From assembly GCA_010093745.1 (NCBI GenBank), contig MU005973.1, forward strand, positions 1-64,000: a stretch of 64,000 bases of DNA, read 5' to 3'. The notes under the pieces are model-generated. The model was not told the DNA's origin and searched no databases. It saw only the letters and a program-made list of their open reading frames with translations. The DNA comes from Piedraia hortae CBS 480.64 (lineage: Eukaryota). The position numbers and the translations under genes were made by a program. Shown here one piece after another: positions 15,829 through 27,921 of this stretch (position 1 is its first letter; each line of letters opens with the position of its first letter).

Positions 15829-18735
15829 TTATCCAAACAATACTCCCCAAATTCCACGTGGATTGCCCTTACTCTTCATTCCCGTCCGTCTGCCTTGACC
15901 TTGGTGAGATTTGTCATCATGGCGTTCGCTGTGCGTTCGACCCCCATGATGGTGCTTGCGGTGCGAGTGACCGTCATCAGAGCTGGTCGTATTCTCACGA
16001 TGCCTTGATGAGCGATGTGTTCGTGGTGAATGCTCGCGTGAGCGATTATGGTGTTTACGTCTCGAATGCTCTCCATCAGAGCTCAAAGGCTTTGTGCTGT
16101 GTCTCGACAGGCGAGCAGGAGGTGGAGAATGCGCTCTTCGTGCAGAAGAGCCGTTGAAAAGGCCAAACAGGGAAGACGATTGCTTCGAAGAGCCTGGTAG
16201 AGTTGAATCGGTAAATCGCCTATGTCTTTCTTTCAATGCAGCTTCAGCTTCCTCTTTTGCAATGCGTTCGGCCAGTGCTTTCCGAACCTCCTGTCTGATC
16301 TCTGCTCGCATAGTTTCGTATTCCTCATCGTAGATCTTGTTACGCTCTTCTTCGAATACCTCTCGGCGATCTTGATGTTTCCGAGATGGGGGATCGTGCT
16401 TACTATGCTTGTGTTGCTTCCCGTGATCACCTGTCGAGTATCTACGATGACGGTGCCTGCTCTCTCGTTGCTTCACATGATCCTTAGCCTCGTGGGTTTT
16501 GGTCGTGATGGCTGAGTTAAGCACACCGTGGCTGTGAGCTGTCTCCTTGTGCCCAAGAGGAGGCTCGATAACGGCCGCAGCCACAGGACCTTCAGCAAGT
16601 GATAGGCTCTTTGGTACGTCCTCTGATATTATGGCGACATTTTCTTCCGTAGAAGGCTCATCAACATGGCCACATTGAGAAGCATCGTTTGCCTCATCTG
16701 CAGTACCGGTCTCGTTGGCTCTGGCATCGCTTTTGACTTCGGCGGCAGTTTCCTCAACAATTACCTGATCTGCAGTTGTAGGCTCTGGGCCAGGCTCAAC
16801 ATGCTGCTCAATTGTCTCCTCCACATGCTCCTTGATGACATCTTTCTCATTAGTGCCTGTTTCAAGATTAGGAGACTCAGTGGTAGCATCTCCATCTGCC
16901 CACTCTTGAGCTGCCTCTTTTGTCACTTCTTCGGACACTTCTTCGTGCACATGAGCTTCAATAGAGTCAACTGCAGCAGCTGTAGCAGCTTGAATTTCAC
17001 CATGCTCATGTACCTTTGGCTCAGTTTCGTCTGATAACTTTTCAGCCAATTCGTCGGAGATTTCTTTTTTCTCCTCCGTTGTCGCATCTTTCACTGAGAC
17101 ATAGCTTTCCTCATCGAACCCTTTCACCGTTTCGTTGCCATCTTCGTCGGCCCCGTTCTCTTTCTCGTGTTTGTCCTCCTTCACATCATTGACATCGACA
17201 TGAGCAGCCTCATCGGCATCTTTAAAAGGCGAATGTCCACCCTCATCCGCAGCCGAGTCGTCGGGAATGCTGCCATCGATTTTATCATCCTTCTCGTTCG
17301 CTGTCTCCTCTTCATCCAACACCTCCGTTTTTCCTACATCTTTGTCCACTTCCTCTTTCGTTTCCCTATGTTTCATTTCAAAAGCCTTTTCAAGCTTTTC
17401 CTCACTTGTCTCGCCAGCACCCACATCATTCTCCTCCATTCCTTCTCCAACATCCACATCATTCTCCTCACTCACTTCTCCTGCATTGACATCTCTCCTC
17501 TCAATCTCATGCCCAGTCTTTATATCCTCTTCTTCAACCAGATCAACAGCAGAATCCTCAAGTTCCTTTCTTTGACAAGGCACAACAACGTCATCCACCA
17601 AGGTTTTCCCTTCTTTGCCACCAAGCAATGCGACCTCTTTATCCACAATCTCCATAATCTCCTCCTTGTCCTCCCCTTTCTCGGCGATAGCTTTCTCGTC
17701 CATTCTATCCTCATGAACGACTTTCTTATCTATCGACTCTCCAACAGATTTCTTGTCTGACTCCCCAGCCGTAAAGGTCATTAGATTGTCTTGATCGACA
17801 GTCGAAGTAGGGGCCTCGGGGGCCGGGACAGGATCTGGAGCGTGACTGTTGTATCCCTCCATGCTTCCCTCGGCAGGTTCGTTAGTGACGTGATCACCCA
17901 TTCCTTTTCTAGCTGGCTTGTCGTCGGGTTTTGCTACCGCTGCTTTAACTGGGACCTCTGACTCCATTCCGGCATGTGATAGAAGACCTTTGCCTTTCAT
18001 CTCATGATCGTTCTTCGTAAATTTTGCATGGGATGTATTAGCCTTAGCAGGGCCCTTTGCCTTGGAATTTTTCTTGTTTTCCTTCCGGTAAACTTGGCGT
18101 GAATCGACTGCTGAGAATGGCTTGGGAGTAGGTGCTTTTGTTGACGGCTCCTTTGGGGTCTGGGCAACATCTTCACCATTGAGAGTGGATGTTTCCTTGG
18201 CGGGATCTTCTGAAGCTTGGTCTAGTTCTTCGTTTGGGACAGACTGATCTGGCTTGAGAGTAGCCTCAAGTGGCTCTTCCTTGACTTCAGTAGCCACATT
18301 GACTTCAATATTTTCCTCTTTGACCTCGTTAGCTTTAGTATCATAGGTTGCTACAGTCTTGTCTTCGACTTCTGGCTTGGATTCTTCTGCAGTCACTGGC
18401 TTGTGCTCCTCGAAAACCTCTGGAGATGCATTGTCAGTGGGCCTTTTTTCCTCTGGGCCCCCCGAGAACTTCTCCTCTACCTTTGCCTCTTTGACATCTT
18501 TATTTATCATTCCATAAGCACACTGTTCACCAATATAAACAGTAAACTCACCATCATCGTCCTTGACCTCGTCTTCTTCGTCCTTGCCTCCAATAGGATA
18601 ACGACTATACCTTGGTATGTACTCCGTGGGATTCGACATCTCATTCAGTTGGTCCCTCGACAAACTAGATCTCACAATCTTCAATTCACCTCTTTCGTAC
18701 CAGCCAACATAAATGACGTTTGCCGGATCCATCAT
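15829..18735 (-). CDS. Large acidic, disordered hypothetical protein with His/Arg/Ser-rich C-terminus
   Basis: 968-codon ORF with E/D/K-rich middle and basic C-terminal region; 5' end uncertain (see finding). Confidence 0.75.
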   Translation of the reverse strand: MMDPANVIYVGWYERGELKIVRSSLSRDQLNEMSNPTEYIPRYSRYPIGGKDEEDEVKDDDGEFTVYIGEQCAYGMINKDVKEAKVEEKFSGGPEEKRPTDNASPEVFEEHKPVTAEESKPEVEDKTVATYDTKANEVKEENIEVNVATEVKEEPLEATLKPDQSVPNEELDQASEDPAKETSTLNGEDVAQTPKEPSTKAPTPKPFSAVDSRQVYRKENKKNSKAKGPAKANTSHAKFTKNDHEMKGKGLLSHAGMESEVPVKAAVAKPDDKPARKGMGDHVTNEPAEGSMEGYNSHAPDPVPAPEAPTSTVDQDNLMTFTAGESDKKSVGESIDKKVVHEDRMDEKAIAEKGEDKEEIMEIVDKEVALLGGKEGKTLVDDVVVPCQRKELEDSAVDLVEEEDIKTGHEIERRDVNAGEVSEENDVDVGEGMEENDVGAGETSEEKLEKAFEMKHRETKEEVDKDVGKTEVLDEEETANEKDDKIDGSIPDDSAADEGGHSPFKDADEAAHVDVNDVKEDKHEKENGADEDGNETVKGFDEESYVSVKDATTEEKKEISDELAEKLSDETEPKVHEHGEIQAATAAAVDSIEAHVHEEVSEEVTKEAAQEWADGDATTESPNLETGTNEKDVIKEHVEETIEQHVEPGPEPTTADQVIVEETAAEVKSDARANETGTADEANDASQCGHVDEPSTEENVAIISEDVPKSLSLAEGPVAAAVIEPPLGHKETAHSHGVLNSAITTKTHEAKDHVKQRESRHRHRRYSTGDHGKQHKHSKHDPPSRKHQDRREVFEEERNKIYDEEYETMRAEIRQEVRKALAERIAKEEAEAALKERHRRFTDSTLPGSSKQSSSLFGLFNGSSARRAHSPPPARLSRHSTKPLSSDGEHSRRKHHNRSREHSPRTHRSSRHRENTTSSDDGHSHRKHHHGGRTHSERHDDKSHQGQGRRTGMKSKGNPRGIWGVLFG

Positions 18736-19395
18736 TGATCACTCAGTAGGCACGGCACGACAGCATCACTCAGGAAAACAACCATGTGAAACAAACTTGT
18801 GAGCTCGTGACCTCGGTTTTGGGGGATAACGGTCACGCACGTTGATTGTGTCAGCTGCGTGGGGGCAAACGCTGTGCGGCAAGCTTCATCCAGACCTCCG
18901 GGTGGAGGGTGGCTGCAGTTGGGCTTCAATGCAGCATCTCTTTTTTCTTCCCTACGTGGCGTAGGTTCGCGCGAGATTGTCTCATCTTGCCAAAAAGAAA
19001 TCTTCTTGCGTCTTCAAGTTATTCTCGATGCAGAAGGATTATGTCAAACTTGCTTGATGCAATGTAACGTCGCCCGAGCAGGTGATTGTGAAACATGCTG
19101 GGAGGAATGTAATCTGATGTCACTGGGAAAGAATTCGTATTACCTACATACTAATATAGGAGAATCTGGCCTCTGTTTAGCCCTGGACCTTTGCCGTAAA
19201 CGGTGCAGAATGAGAATTGGCAAGCGGAGATTGCTGCTGAGGTGATCTGATGTCTGAATGAGGAAGGAGCGGGCAGGGTGGTGATGCCTGAGGTTGAAAT
19301 GACGTCATCAAGTCTTTTCCTAAAAAGGGACCAAAATGCATGACTCTCCCTGACACCTGTTCGTAAGCAGCATCTTTCAAAGGACAAGGATAAAG

Positions 19396-19922
19396 ATGAG
19401 TGACTGGGACACGGTTACGAAGATTGGCAGCCGCGTGCGTGGGCCTGGCGCCGCCCAACATGAGACGACAATCAAGGGCAAGAGCGCACTGAACGCCGCT
19501 CAGCGCAGCGGGGCTATTATCGGGACGGAGAAGAAATTTACCAGTGCAAACGTGAGCATAACACATATGTCCGCGGGGTAGAAACTGACAAAGACTAGAC
19601 TGGCAGCAATCCCGAAGGACAACGACTGACCAAGGTTGATCGCGCCGATGGACCTGTGGCGACGAAGAAGGTTCCGGAAGAAGTGGCCAAGGCCCTCATG
19701 CAAGCGCGCAACGGGCTCAAGAACCAAAAAGGCGGCACAATGACGCAAAAAGATTTGGCGGTCAAGGCGAACGTGGACGTCAAGGACGTGGCGGCTCTTG
19801 AGCGAACCAATGCAGATTTCCCTAGCATGGACGTGGTACTGAAGGTTCAAAAAGCCGCCAACGTCAGACTCACGGGTAGCAACATTGGACAGCCGATGCT
19901 GGGGCCCAAGAAAAAGGAATGA
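19396..19922 (+). CDS. MBF1: Multiprotein bridging factor 1
   Basis: [41 protein letters not shown] region MTQKDLA; intron ~19552-19598. Confidence 0.95.
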
Positions 19923-19949
19923 AAATGAAGTATGATTAGAAATGTCTTT

Positions 19950-20804
19950 TCATGCCTTGCGTAGGCTATTATAATGCTCTCCCAGCCCATAACCGAATTT
20001 ATAGTACCCCAACCACATCTCCTTTGATCCATTTCCATCAAACCTCTCCACCCTCCCCCAATCCTGCAATACATTAATATTAATCCCCAGTGCCCTCGCC
20101 AGAGCAATCAACTCGACTTGACCGCCCCATTCTCCTGTGTTCTCCACCTTGTCCACATAACCCTCCACATCTTCCTCTAAAAACGGTTCAAACTCGTCCG
20201 CGTGCGCAGTGATATACCTCCCCGCAATTTTCCTAATATCCCTAAACCCCCTCTCCCCCTCCCCCAACTGCACCAACTGATCAGCAATAGCAGCATACAA
20301 ACAATGACCATCAGGTCTAATATCCTTCCCCACAAGTCCTCTCTCGGTCATATATTCATCCATCCTCTCCCTCTCCGCGGCTTTATGATCCGGCAGATTC
20401 TCCACCTCGAGTTTAGCCTGCTGGATGAGGTTCTCCTGCTCCTTCGCTCGTCGTGCAAGACGCGCTTTTGCCCGGTTCATTCCTGGTTTTCGTTTCTGTT
20501 CACTATCACATCCCTGTTGAGCTGGGGTTTGCTCCACAGTGGGTTGCTCATTGCTAGAAAATAAGCCATCCAATGGATCAGTGATGTTGTTCTCTTCTCC
20601 TTCCACGGAGAGGTCTGGTTGGGAAGGCGATGTTGAAAAGGCCGCGAGTTCAGCTCCGTGGCGTGCCTTGAGCTCGCGTTCGAGTCGTTCGCATTCGTCA
20701 TTGACAGATTTGCGCGTCTTTTTAGTTGCGGATTTTTTCTTCTGCGTTATTTGCCCCTGTAGGTCTTTGCGCTCTTTGCTATGACGGGACTGGAGGGCTT
20801 CCAT
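19950..20804 (-). CDS. OTU2: OTU-domain deubiquitinase Otu2-like
   Basis: RHSKERKDLQGQITQKKK, IRPDGHCLYAAIADQL, WGGQVELIALA, YGLGEHYNSLR. Confidence 0.93.
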   Translation of the reverse strand: MEALQSRHSKERKDLQGQITQKKKSATKKTRKSVNDECERLERELKARHGAELAAFSTSPSQPDLSVEGEENNITDPLDGLFSSNEQPTVEQTPAQQGCDSEQKRKPGMNRAKARLARRAKEQENLIQQAKLEVENLPDHKAAERERMDEYMTERGLVGKDIRPDGHCLYAAIADQLVQLGEGERGFRDIRKIAGRYITAHADEFEPFLEEDVEGYVDKVENTGEWGGQVELIALARALGININVLQDWGRVERFDGNGSKEMWLGYYKFGYGLGEHYNSLRKA

Positions 20805-21333
20805 CTATTGGACTATTGAGAAGGGAGTCTGGTTTGGATTTGACTGGTGGTGTATGTGCGTTCGTTTACGCTAGGGCTGGAATGGGAAGGTGGGGAAAAC
20901 ATTCCGTGGTCACGCTTCTTACTAGCGTAGAAAAGTTTCCTACGGATTCAGGCACAATGAGTCGTTCTTTGGTGAGACGAACGGGAAAATGATTGAAAGA
21001 TAGTGTGGTGAACTAAAGCTAGGGACTATAACAGAACAACGCTAAAAGAGAGCGAAGGACAGAAAACGCCAAGGACATATCGTCTCTCGCTAGGCTCGGG
21101 CCGCAACACACAGGTCGGACCTTGGCGGTCGGGTCGTACTGCTGAGAAGAAACTTCAGATCTGGACGGTTTATTTTTTTTTTTTTTTTGAAAACTGTCTG
21201 GGCTGCTCTGCACCTTGTTCAGCAGGAAGAAAAGGAAGAAAATTGCACCGTTCACATATGTACGTGTCTTATCCATTAAACATTCCTGTATCCATCTAGA
21301 AAGCAAGACCCAGAATACACCAAAATGCTAGTC

Positions 21334-24024
21334 CTACCAAGTAAACCTCATCAAGTCTGGGTTCAACGCAATGGGCTGAAAGAAGTGACCAGCGACAATG
21401 GCAGAGGGAGAATAAATGTTGATGAGCGACTTGATCCTCCAGAGCGGGGGCACAAAGCAGGCAAGGACAATCATCATGGCGCTGCAGCCAAAGCAAAAGT
21501 CAAAAGTGCTTTTAAACTTCCTAACGATGCGCGGCACCTCCTCGAAAAAGGTCGTGTTCTCCGCCTCTTTGCTGGTGGCTCCCCATGTCAAGTTGACGGA
21601 GAACATGTGCGAGAGAATGGCTTGGTTGACGTGCAGCGACACACCGCCAAGGAAGATTGTTAGCAGCGGGACCCAGCAGAGGTTCTCGAGGAGGGCGGAC
21701 AAGAGGCTCTTCTCGCCGAGACGGCAGCGAAGCACCGCCAGCGCGAGGTTGCCGACACCCGAGAAGATGATGACAATGGCAAAGTACGACTTGAAACTGT
21801 CGAGGTAGTAGTGATCCAGCCGGCCGTTGAGCTACCCGACCAGAAGGTAGTTGAACAACGTCAGAAGCCACGCGGAGCCCAGCGCGTAGTAGGTACCAAT
21901 GTAGGCCATGATGGTTACCTTGGACGGCAGGGGCATACGGCTGCTGATGAAGTTGCGAAAGGGTTTGGTGAATGGTCCCCGTGTGGGCCATTAGCGAAGA
22001 GGATGGATCACCAGCTCACTGCAGCTGTACGCATATTTTTCCTATCGTGCGAGCTCGTCGTAAACGGTGAGCGAAACACATTCCTTGAACTCCCCGTTTT
22101 GGTACGCGCCAAGACGCACTGTGTAGCCCGCCGTTTGGAGACGAAGGGCCATGTCAAAGTCCTCGGGCAGTGTTTCTTCCGACCAGTACTTCTCATAGTG
22201 GTCATGAGGACAGTCGTAGGCAATTTCCTGCATAGCACTCCAGCGGAGAATGGCATTGTGCCCGACAAAGGGCGCGACATCGCTGTTGGCCACATATCGA
22301 ATCTGGGTGTAGACAAGATTGGTGGAAAAAGGTGATACCGCGCTCGAAGAAGGAACCTGTGACGTTCATAACGCCAGATGCATACTGAAGAATGGTAACC
22401 TGAGGACTCTGCTCCATTTCGGAGACGGCGTCAAGGAAGCAGTCAACAGGGACACAGGTGTTGGAATCGATAACCAAGATGTAGTCGCCGATGCGGACGT
22501 TGCCTCCTGCCCGTATCATGCCCTGGTCTTCCTCAACGACTTCGGCTAATGCCTGGTTGTACGTTTCGTTCTCTTCGTCCTCTGTTCAGTGTGGATGCCG
22601 CATTACAGCCTCTAGTTTGACCTTCACTCGGACACTAACGCTCATGGCGTAGTTCATGTTGGAAGCCTTCTTGAACTTGTCCCGGCGGAGAATAGGCTGG
22701 CTGCCATCGGTGGGGTTAGCATTGTGCTTTGGACGAGACACTCAGCCGATATTGTGCTCATGATTAAAGTCCTGGCGTGCGCGAGCATCTTCCTTGGAGA
22801 GCAATTGCATGCTGTCATCGTTGACGAAGATGTTGGCTGTACCGCCTTGCATTTCGTAAGTTGACATGGCGGCTTTTAGTGAGCGGATGGTCGGCTCAAT
22901 GACTGCTCGCAATCCTTCCTTGTAGACAGGCATTTGGATGGTGACTTGAGGCAGCGCTTCAGCATCACGGCGCAGACGTCTTGGTGCAACGCCGGAATAT
23001 CACTTTGTATTTTCCTTCATTCGAGGAATGGGGCCGAACAGTTGTGCCACGTCTCCGATTAGGGATTGGAAAAAGAACAAGGCAGGCCAGAAGTGAGGAA
23101 AGGCAGTCAATGCGAATGCCATGCGAACGTAGCTGTGGTCATAGTACGTCTGAACAGCGATTGCCTTCCAGCCAAGTCCCAAACATGCGACGGTCATGGC
23201 CAAAGTACCGGCAGTGGCGATGGAGGTCTACAGCACAACCGCATGCTCCTTTTCGACATAGCCCATTTCCACATCATTCTCGGACCCAGAGGCCTCCGCG
23301 TTGACGTTGGTAACATCCTACTCCTTGAGTTCGTGGTCAGTTGTCGGTTCCCACACTAGTTCCATCGGAGACTTCTCAATCCCCTGAGCTCGATCAAGCA
23401 AGTGCTTTGGTTCATCGCCCCAGACAACCAGTATGCCACGATCAGTGATAAAGGCGACAAACTGATATTTTGACAGCGAGGGAGAAACGACATGTCTGGA
23501 ATCACCTGTAGTCGAAGACCGTTGGGAAGCGGAACGTACGGCTGCTCATTGTACTGTAGAAAAACCTTGATGACCCTTGCGTTTACTGTCATGGCTGCCT
23601 AAATGATGTCAGAGTACTGTGTCGAACAGATCGGTGTGAGATACACTCACCCTCACGTATAGTGCCTGTATCGCATGGAAAAGCCGCCTTCATGTTTCAT
23701 GACATCTGCAGGACAGCAAGTGTAGGAGGAACTTGATTTCTTGAGCACCACTCCTTCGTCTGGGCCATTGGCTGTCCATAACAGTTTCATCTGCTGCTGA
23801 TACAGCCAGTTGACCATGACATTGCACTTAATCTTGTTGACGTTATCCGCTTGAGAGCTTCTAGGACCACCAGCCGCATATATAGAGTCTGGTCTAGAAA
23901 TGGGGCTAGAACTCCAACTTGATGAAGGCGGCTATAGTGTCTCCCCAGCTGGCTTCTCCGTAGACACAGTTGACCCCTTTTTCTTCTTGCCCTTTGAGGG
24001 CTTCACGTAGGCAAGCAATCCCAT
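21334..24024 (-). pseudogene. Decayed glycosyltransferase family 2 membrane protein (Glyco_trans_2_3 type)
   Basis: Motifs VTIQMPVYKEGL, KFKKASNMNYA, GDYILVIDS, APFVGHNAILRWSA, EDFDMALRLQ, C-terminal ALNPDLMRFTW; at least 9 in-frame stops (23932, 23318, 23228, 23000, 22742, 22586, 22042, 21991, 21832) and frameshifts near 23680, 23468 and 22325. Confidence 0.92.
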
Positions 24025-24953
24025 TGTGCAATAGATTGGTGTATTGAAACGAGGAAATTGGTTGTGAAACAAAAGAAAAGGTGACAGACGACTCTATCAC
24101 TACTAAGCGAGCATGGTGAGAGATGCACAAGGGACGAACCCAGCCCGAGTTACTGATTTATATCCACCTTGATCAGATGTTTGTGCCGGGCCTCGTTCTT
24201 CGGCCAGTCTGAAAATATAAGGACGAACGCCATCGGGTGCTCGCAGTCTCAATGGTGTGCAGCTACTGAACACCGAGTTGAGACTGGACGGGTTCCAAAA
24301 ACAGTTCACAGTCGGACCAATTGTTCCGCATGATATGGACACGCCATGTGCGCCTCGTGGGAATTGTCGTATGGACATGGGCAAAGTGGTTGTTCAACCC
24401 TTGCTTCACATGCGGACGTTTGCTTGAGCGACAGATCTTATCGAAGACCTGGACAAATTTGCGGTTCATCATTGGGTGCAAGACAGCAAGATGGAAAGGT
24501 ATTAGTCACTGTGATTGCCACTGTATGGAACATGTTCGAATTGCTGTTGTGGTTGGAGTTATGCATGTTTTTGCCGTTTTTAGTGGCCCAATACGTTTTC
24601 TCTGAAAAGCCATAAAAAGCTCCGAAGCACTCGGGATGCGAGATGTGGCTGATTGAACAGGGGAAAGAATTGACACGGCTCGGAATTCGCCTGTACATCG
24701 CGTCGGCACTGTTTATAGCCGTTGCGGGAATGTAAATGGCAGATGCGCAACGAGTTCAGAATGCAAATCAATCTGACATACCTATGGTACTGATCCGCGC
24801 GACATCAAGCTGGTTGACATTCACATGCATTGGCGTATCCGTGGCCCAGTGGCTGATGGAGCACCGGTCACTCCTTTTACCGGTAGGATTTCACTGGTGA
24901 GATCCGAGACACTTTTCCAAGTTCATTTGCGCTGGTGATGTGCTAATTAAGAG

Positions 24954-26921
24954 TTATTTTGCTAAAAATGCTTGAAAAGCCTTGTTGTCTATCGTTACAT
25001 TGCCCACAGCTCTGAGCCTCTTTCTCCCTTCTTTTTGCTTGTCTAGTAGTTTCCGCCGCCGACCGACATCGGCCGCGTGTAGCTTCTGAGTCACATCCTT
25101 GCGAAATGGTTTCAAAGTTTCACGCGCCACTACTTTTTTCCCACACACAGCCTGGATCACGACTTCAAACATTTGTCGATCTACGTGCTCCTTGAACTTG
25201 GACACCCAGTCTTTGCCCAGCCGCTCAGCTTGAGACACATGAAGGACTCGGGCGACTGCGTCAACAGGGGTTTTGTTTACGTGAAGCTGGAGCTTGGTGA
25301 TGTTGCTGGCCCTGTAACCTGCATCCTCATAGTCGAGGGAGGCATATCCTTTGGTCGCAGATTTTAGCTTCCCAAAGAAGTCGTCCACAAGCCTTTCGAG
25401 AGGAAGCAGGTATTTCAATATAATCTGTGTCGAAGTGAAAAAGGTAAGTGACTCGTGCGTTCCACGATTTCCTTCACAAAGTTCAATCACTCTACCGAGG
25501 TAATCTTCGGGCAGTGTGATGGTTGCCATTATAAAAGGCTCCTGTAGCTCTTTTATTTGGCCATGGCGGGTTTGGGAGTCGGGGAAGTTGTTTGGATTGT
25601 TAACGATCTCCTCTCGCCCATCTCGCCAGACAACTTTGAAGGGCACAGACGGCGGTGTGATTATGATATTGGCGCCATGCTCCTGTCGAAGCCGATCCTC
25701 AAAGACTGAGCAGTGCAATGTGCCTAGAAAGCCGAGGCGCCAACCTGCTCCAAGGGCTTCAGACGACTCCTTTGTTACTTGAACGGCACGATCATTGAGC
25801 GTTAGCTGGTTTATACTGTCCTCGAGGTGAGAATAATCACCCTGGTCGGTTGGAAAAGCGGCAACAAACACCATGCTCTGTGGCTCCTCAAAACCAGGAA
25901 GAGGTTCTACTTTTGCTTTGGTTGAGACGTGAGTATAAGTATCGCCAATCTTTGCTTCTTTGCTGCGCTTCATACCGGGGTTAAAGTAAATATATCCAAC
26001 CTGTCCCGTACGAAGGCATGTTTGGGGTGTCTCGAGAGGATGCATTATACCGACTTCGCCGACAATATACTCGAAGCCGGTTGCCAGAGAATGGAGCCGA
26101 TCGCCGGCTCTTACACTGCCTTGAAAAATTCGAACCAACAAAATCACGCCTTTGTAGTTGTCGTACCAGCTATCAACCAGCAGCAATTGCAAAGGGCCAT
26201 TTGTGTCCCCGACCGGCGCCGGGATTTGCTCAACAATGTTTGGAAGTAGCTTGTCTACGTTGAGTCCTGTTTTGGCTGATAACATAAGCGCGTTTGATGC
26301 ATCGAGCTCAAAGGTATCACGTAACTGCTCCAGAACCCTAGGGGCATCTGCCGTGGGTAGATCAACTTTGTTCAGGACTGGAACGAGCGTCAAATTTTGG
26401 GCAAATGCGAGATAGAAGTTCGACACCGTCTGGGCCTGCACGCCTTGGGAAGCATCCACAAGCAATATTGCTCCGCCACAGGACGCGTAGCTCCGACTGA
26501 CTTCTGCGCGGAAGTCGACATGGCCCGGAGTGTCGACTAGATGGAGCAGGTAGTCGTCTCCCTTGTAGTTGTATATCATCGAACAAGTCTGCGCCTTGAC
26601 TGTGATGCCGCGTTCGCGTTCGACATCCAGTTTGTCCAGGAACTGCTTCTTGCCGCCTGGTTTGATGGTGCCTGTAAGCTCAAGCAGTCGGTCGCTGAGC
26701 GTACTCTTTCCATGGTCTACATGGGCAACTATGCAAAAGTTTCTGAATTTTTCCAAGGGAATCCGAGCGATTCGCTGCTCCAACTCGGACGGGGCGCGGA
26801 CGGCTGCCAGACGCGACGCGCAGCTGAAATTCCGCCGCGCATCAGCATTCCTCACCCACGGCACGGTACGCGCTATTGAGGAACGCGCTGCGCCGGGACG
26901 GACGAAGGAACATGTTTGCAT
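24954..26921 (-). CDS. GUF1: Mitochondrial translation factor GUF1 (LepA/EF4)
   Basis: [40 protein letters not shown]-terminal [14 protein letters not shown]; Arg/Ser-rich presequence. Confidence 0.97.
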   Translation of the reverse strand: MQTCSFVRPGAARSSIARTVPWVRNADARRNFSCASRLAAVRAPSELEQRIARIPLEKFRNFCIVAHVDHGKSTLSDRLLELTGTIKPGGKKQFLDKLDVERERGITVKAQTCSMIYNYKGDDYLLHLVDTPGHVDFRAEVSRSYASCGGAILLVDASQGVQAQTVSNFYLAFAQNLTLVPVLNKVDLPTADAPRVLEQLRDTFELDASNALMLSAKTGLNVDKLLPNIVEQIPAPVGDTNGPLQLLLVDSWYDNYKGVILLVRIFQGSVRAGDRLHSLATGFEYIVGEVGIMHPLETPQTCLRTGQVGYIYFNPGMKRSKEAKIGDTYTHVSTKAKVEPLPGFEEPQSMVFVAAFPTDQGDYSHLEDSINQLTLNDRAVQVTKESSEALGAGWRLGFLGTLHCSVFEDRLRQEHGANIIITPPSVPFKVVWRDGREEIVNNPNNFPDSQTRHGQIKELQEPFIMATITLPEDYLGRVIELCEGNRGTHESLTFFTSTQIILKYLLPLERLVDDFFGKLKSATKGYASLDYEDAGYRASNITKLQLHVNKTPVDAVARVLHVSQAERLGKDWVSKFKEHVDRQMFEVVIQAVCGKKVVARETLKPFRKDVTQKLHAADVGRRRKLLDKQKEGRKRLRAVGNVTIDNKAFQAFLAK

Positions 26922-27027
26922 TGGTCGTCGCGCGGAACCAGAGCCGCGCTATCGCTCACCGCCTGTCACCGTCCCCCACCGCTCCCCACCCTCTCACGCC
27001 GCCGCGCCTGTCCCACATCAACGGAAG

Positions 27028-27797
27028 ATGATGCCCTCCAAATCCAGTAGTGATCCATCAAAGACCCACCGGCTTGCTTTAAAGGGCAGTGCCAAGGCTG
27101 TGGTGGAGTTCTTCGACTTTGCCTGCAACACCGTCCTCTTCCAGCGTGGCGTCTACCCGCCAGAGGATTTTGTGGCTGTCAAGAAATATGGGCTAAACAT
27201 GATGACGACGTGCGACGACCAGGTAAAGGCGTACATTCGAAAAATCACGTCCCAGTTGAGCAAATGGATGCAACGAAGCAAAATCTCCAAACTGATTATC
27301 GTAATCACGAGCAAAGAGACGGGTGAAAACGTTGAGCGATGGCAGTTTGACGTGAGTCTCTTAGGGACGTCGCTGCCATGAGCTTCTGACAAACTACAGG
27401 TGAGTGTGTTCCAAGGCCAGGGTAAGCCTGAGCAAGCGAGGAGCGAAAGCGAGAACGCTGCCACAAGTAGCAGAACCGCAGCTCCAGTTGAAAAGTCGGA
27501 CGAGGAAGTGCAAAAAGAGATCCAAGCCCTTTTTCGACAAATTACAGCTTCTGTTTCGTTTCTGCCCATGTTGGACGGCAACTGCACCTTTAACGTCCTC
27601 GTCTACGCAGATGCAGACTCGGACGTCCCACTAGACTGGGGAGACTCGGATGCAAAGGAAATTGCAAACGCTGAGAAAGTCATGTTGAGGAGCTTCTCTA
27701 CTAACAATCATCGCATAGACACGGTGGTCAGTTACAGGTGAGTGTTGTGAAAACCGCCACTCGACGTCGCTAAAGCAACTGCAGATTGGCTGATTAA
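27028..27797 (+). CDS. MAD2: Spindle assembly checkpoint HORMA protein Mad2
   Basis: LALKGSAK, LFQRGVYPPEDF..VKKYGL, ERWQFD, IQALFRQITASVSFLP, SFSTNNHRIDTVVSYR/LAD; introns ~27352-27399 and ~27738-27784. Confidence 0.96.
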
Positions 27798-27921
27798 ACA
27801 AGTACGGTGAATATGATGATGATCAGACAAATGAAATTTTGACTTCTATTTGATGCCCATCGCATTGAATTACAGCTTCGTGTTGGACTACAGTCTTACA
27901 CCTCCCACCCCGACATGACTC

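Noticed and set aside
21334..24024. Rescue of the GT2 gene by A-to-I editing of UAG stops or by an alternative genetic code
   Set aside because: Stops include TGA and TAA, there are frameshifts and eroded motifs, and neighbouring genes use all three stops normally
26569..27381. 270-aa ORF suggesting an N-terminally extended Mad2
   Set aside because: The extension is antisense to GUF1 and starts at a non-ATG codon; Mad2 similarity begins at ATG 27028
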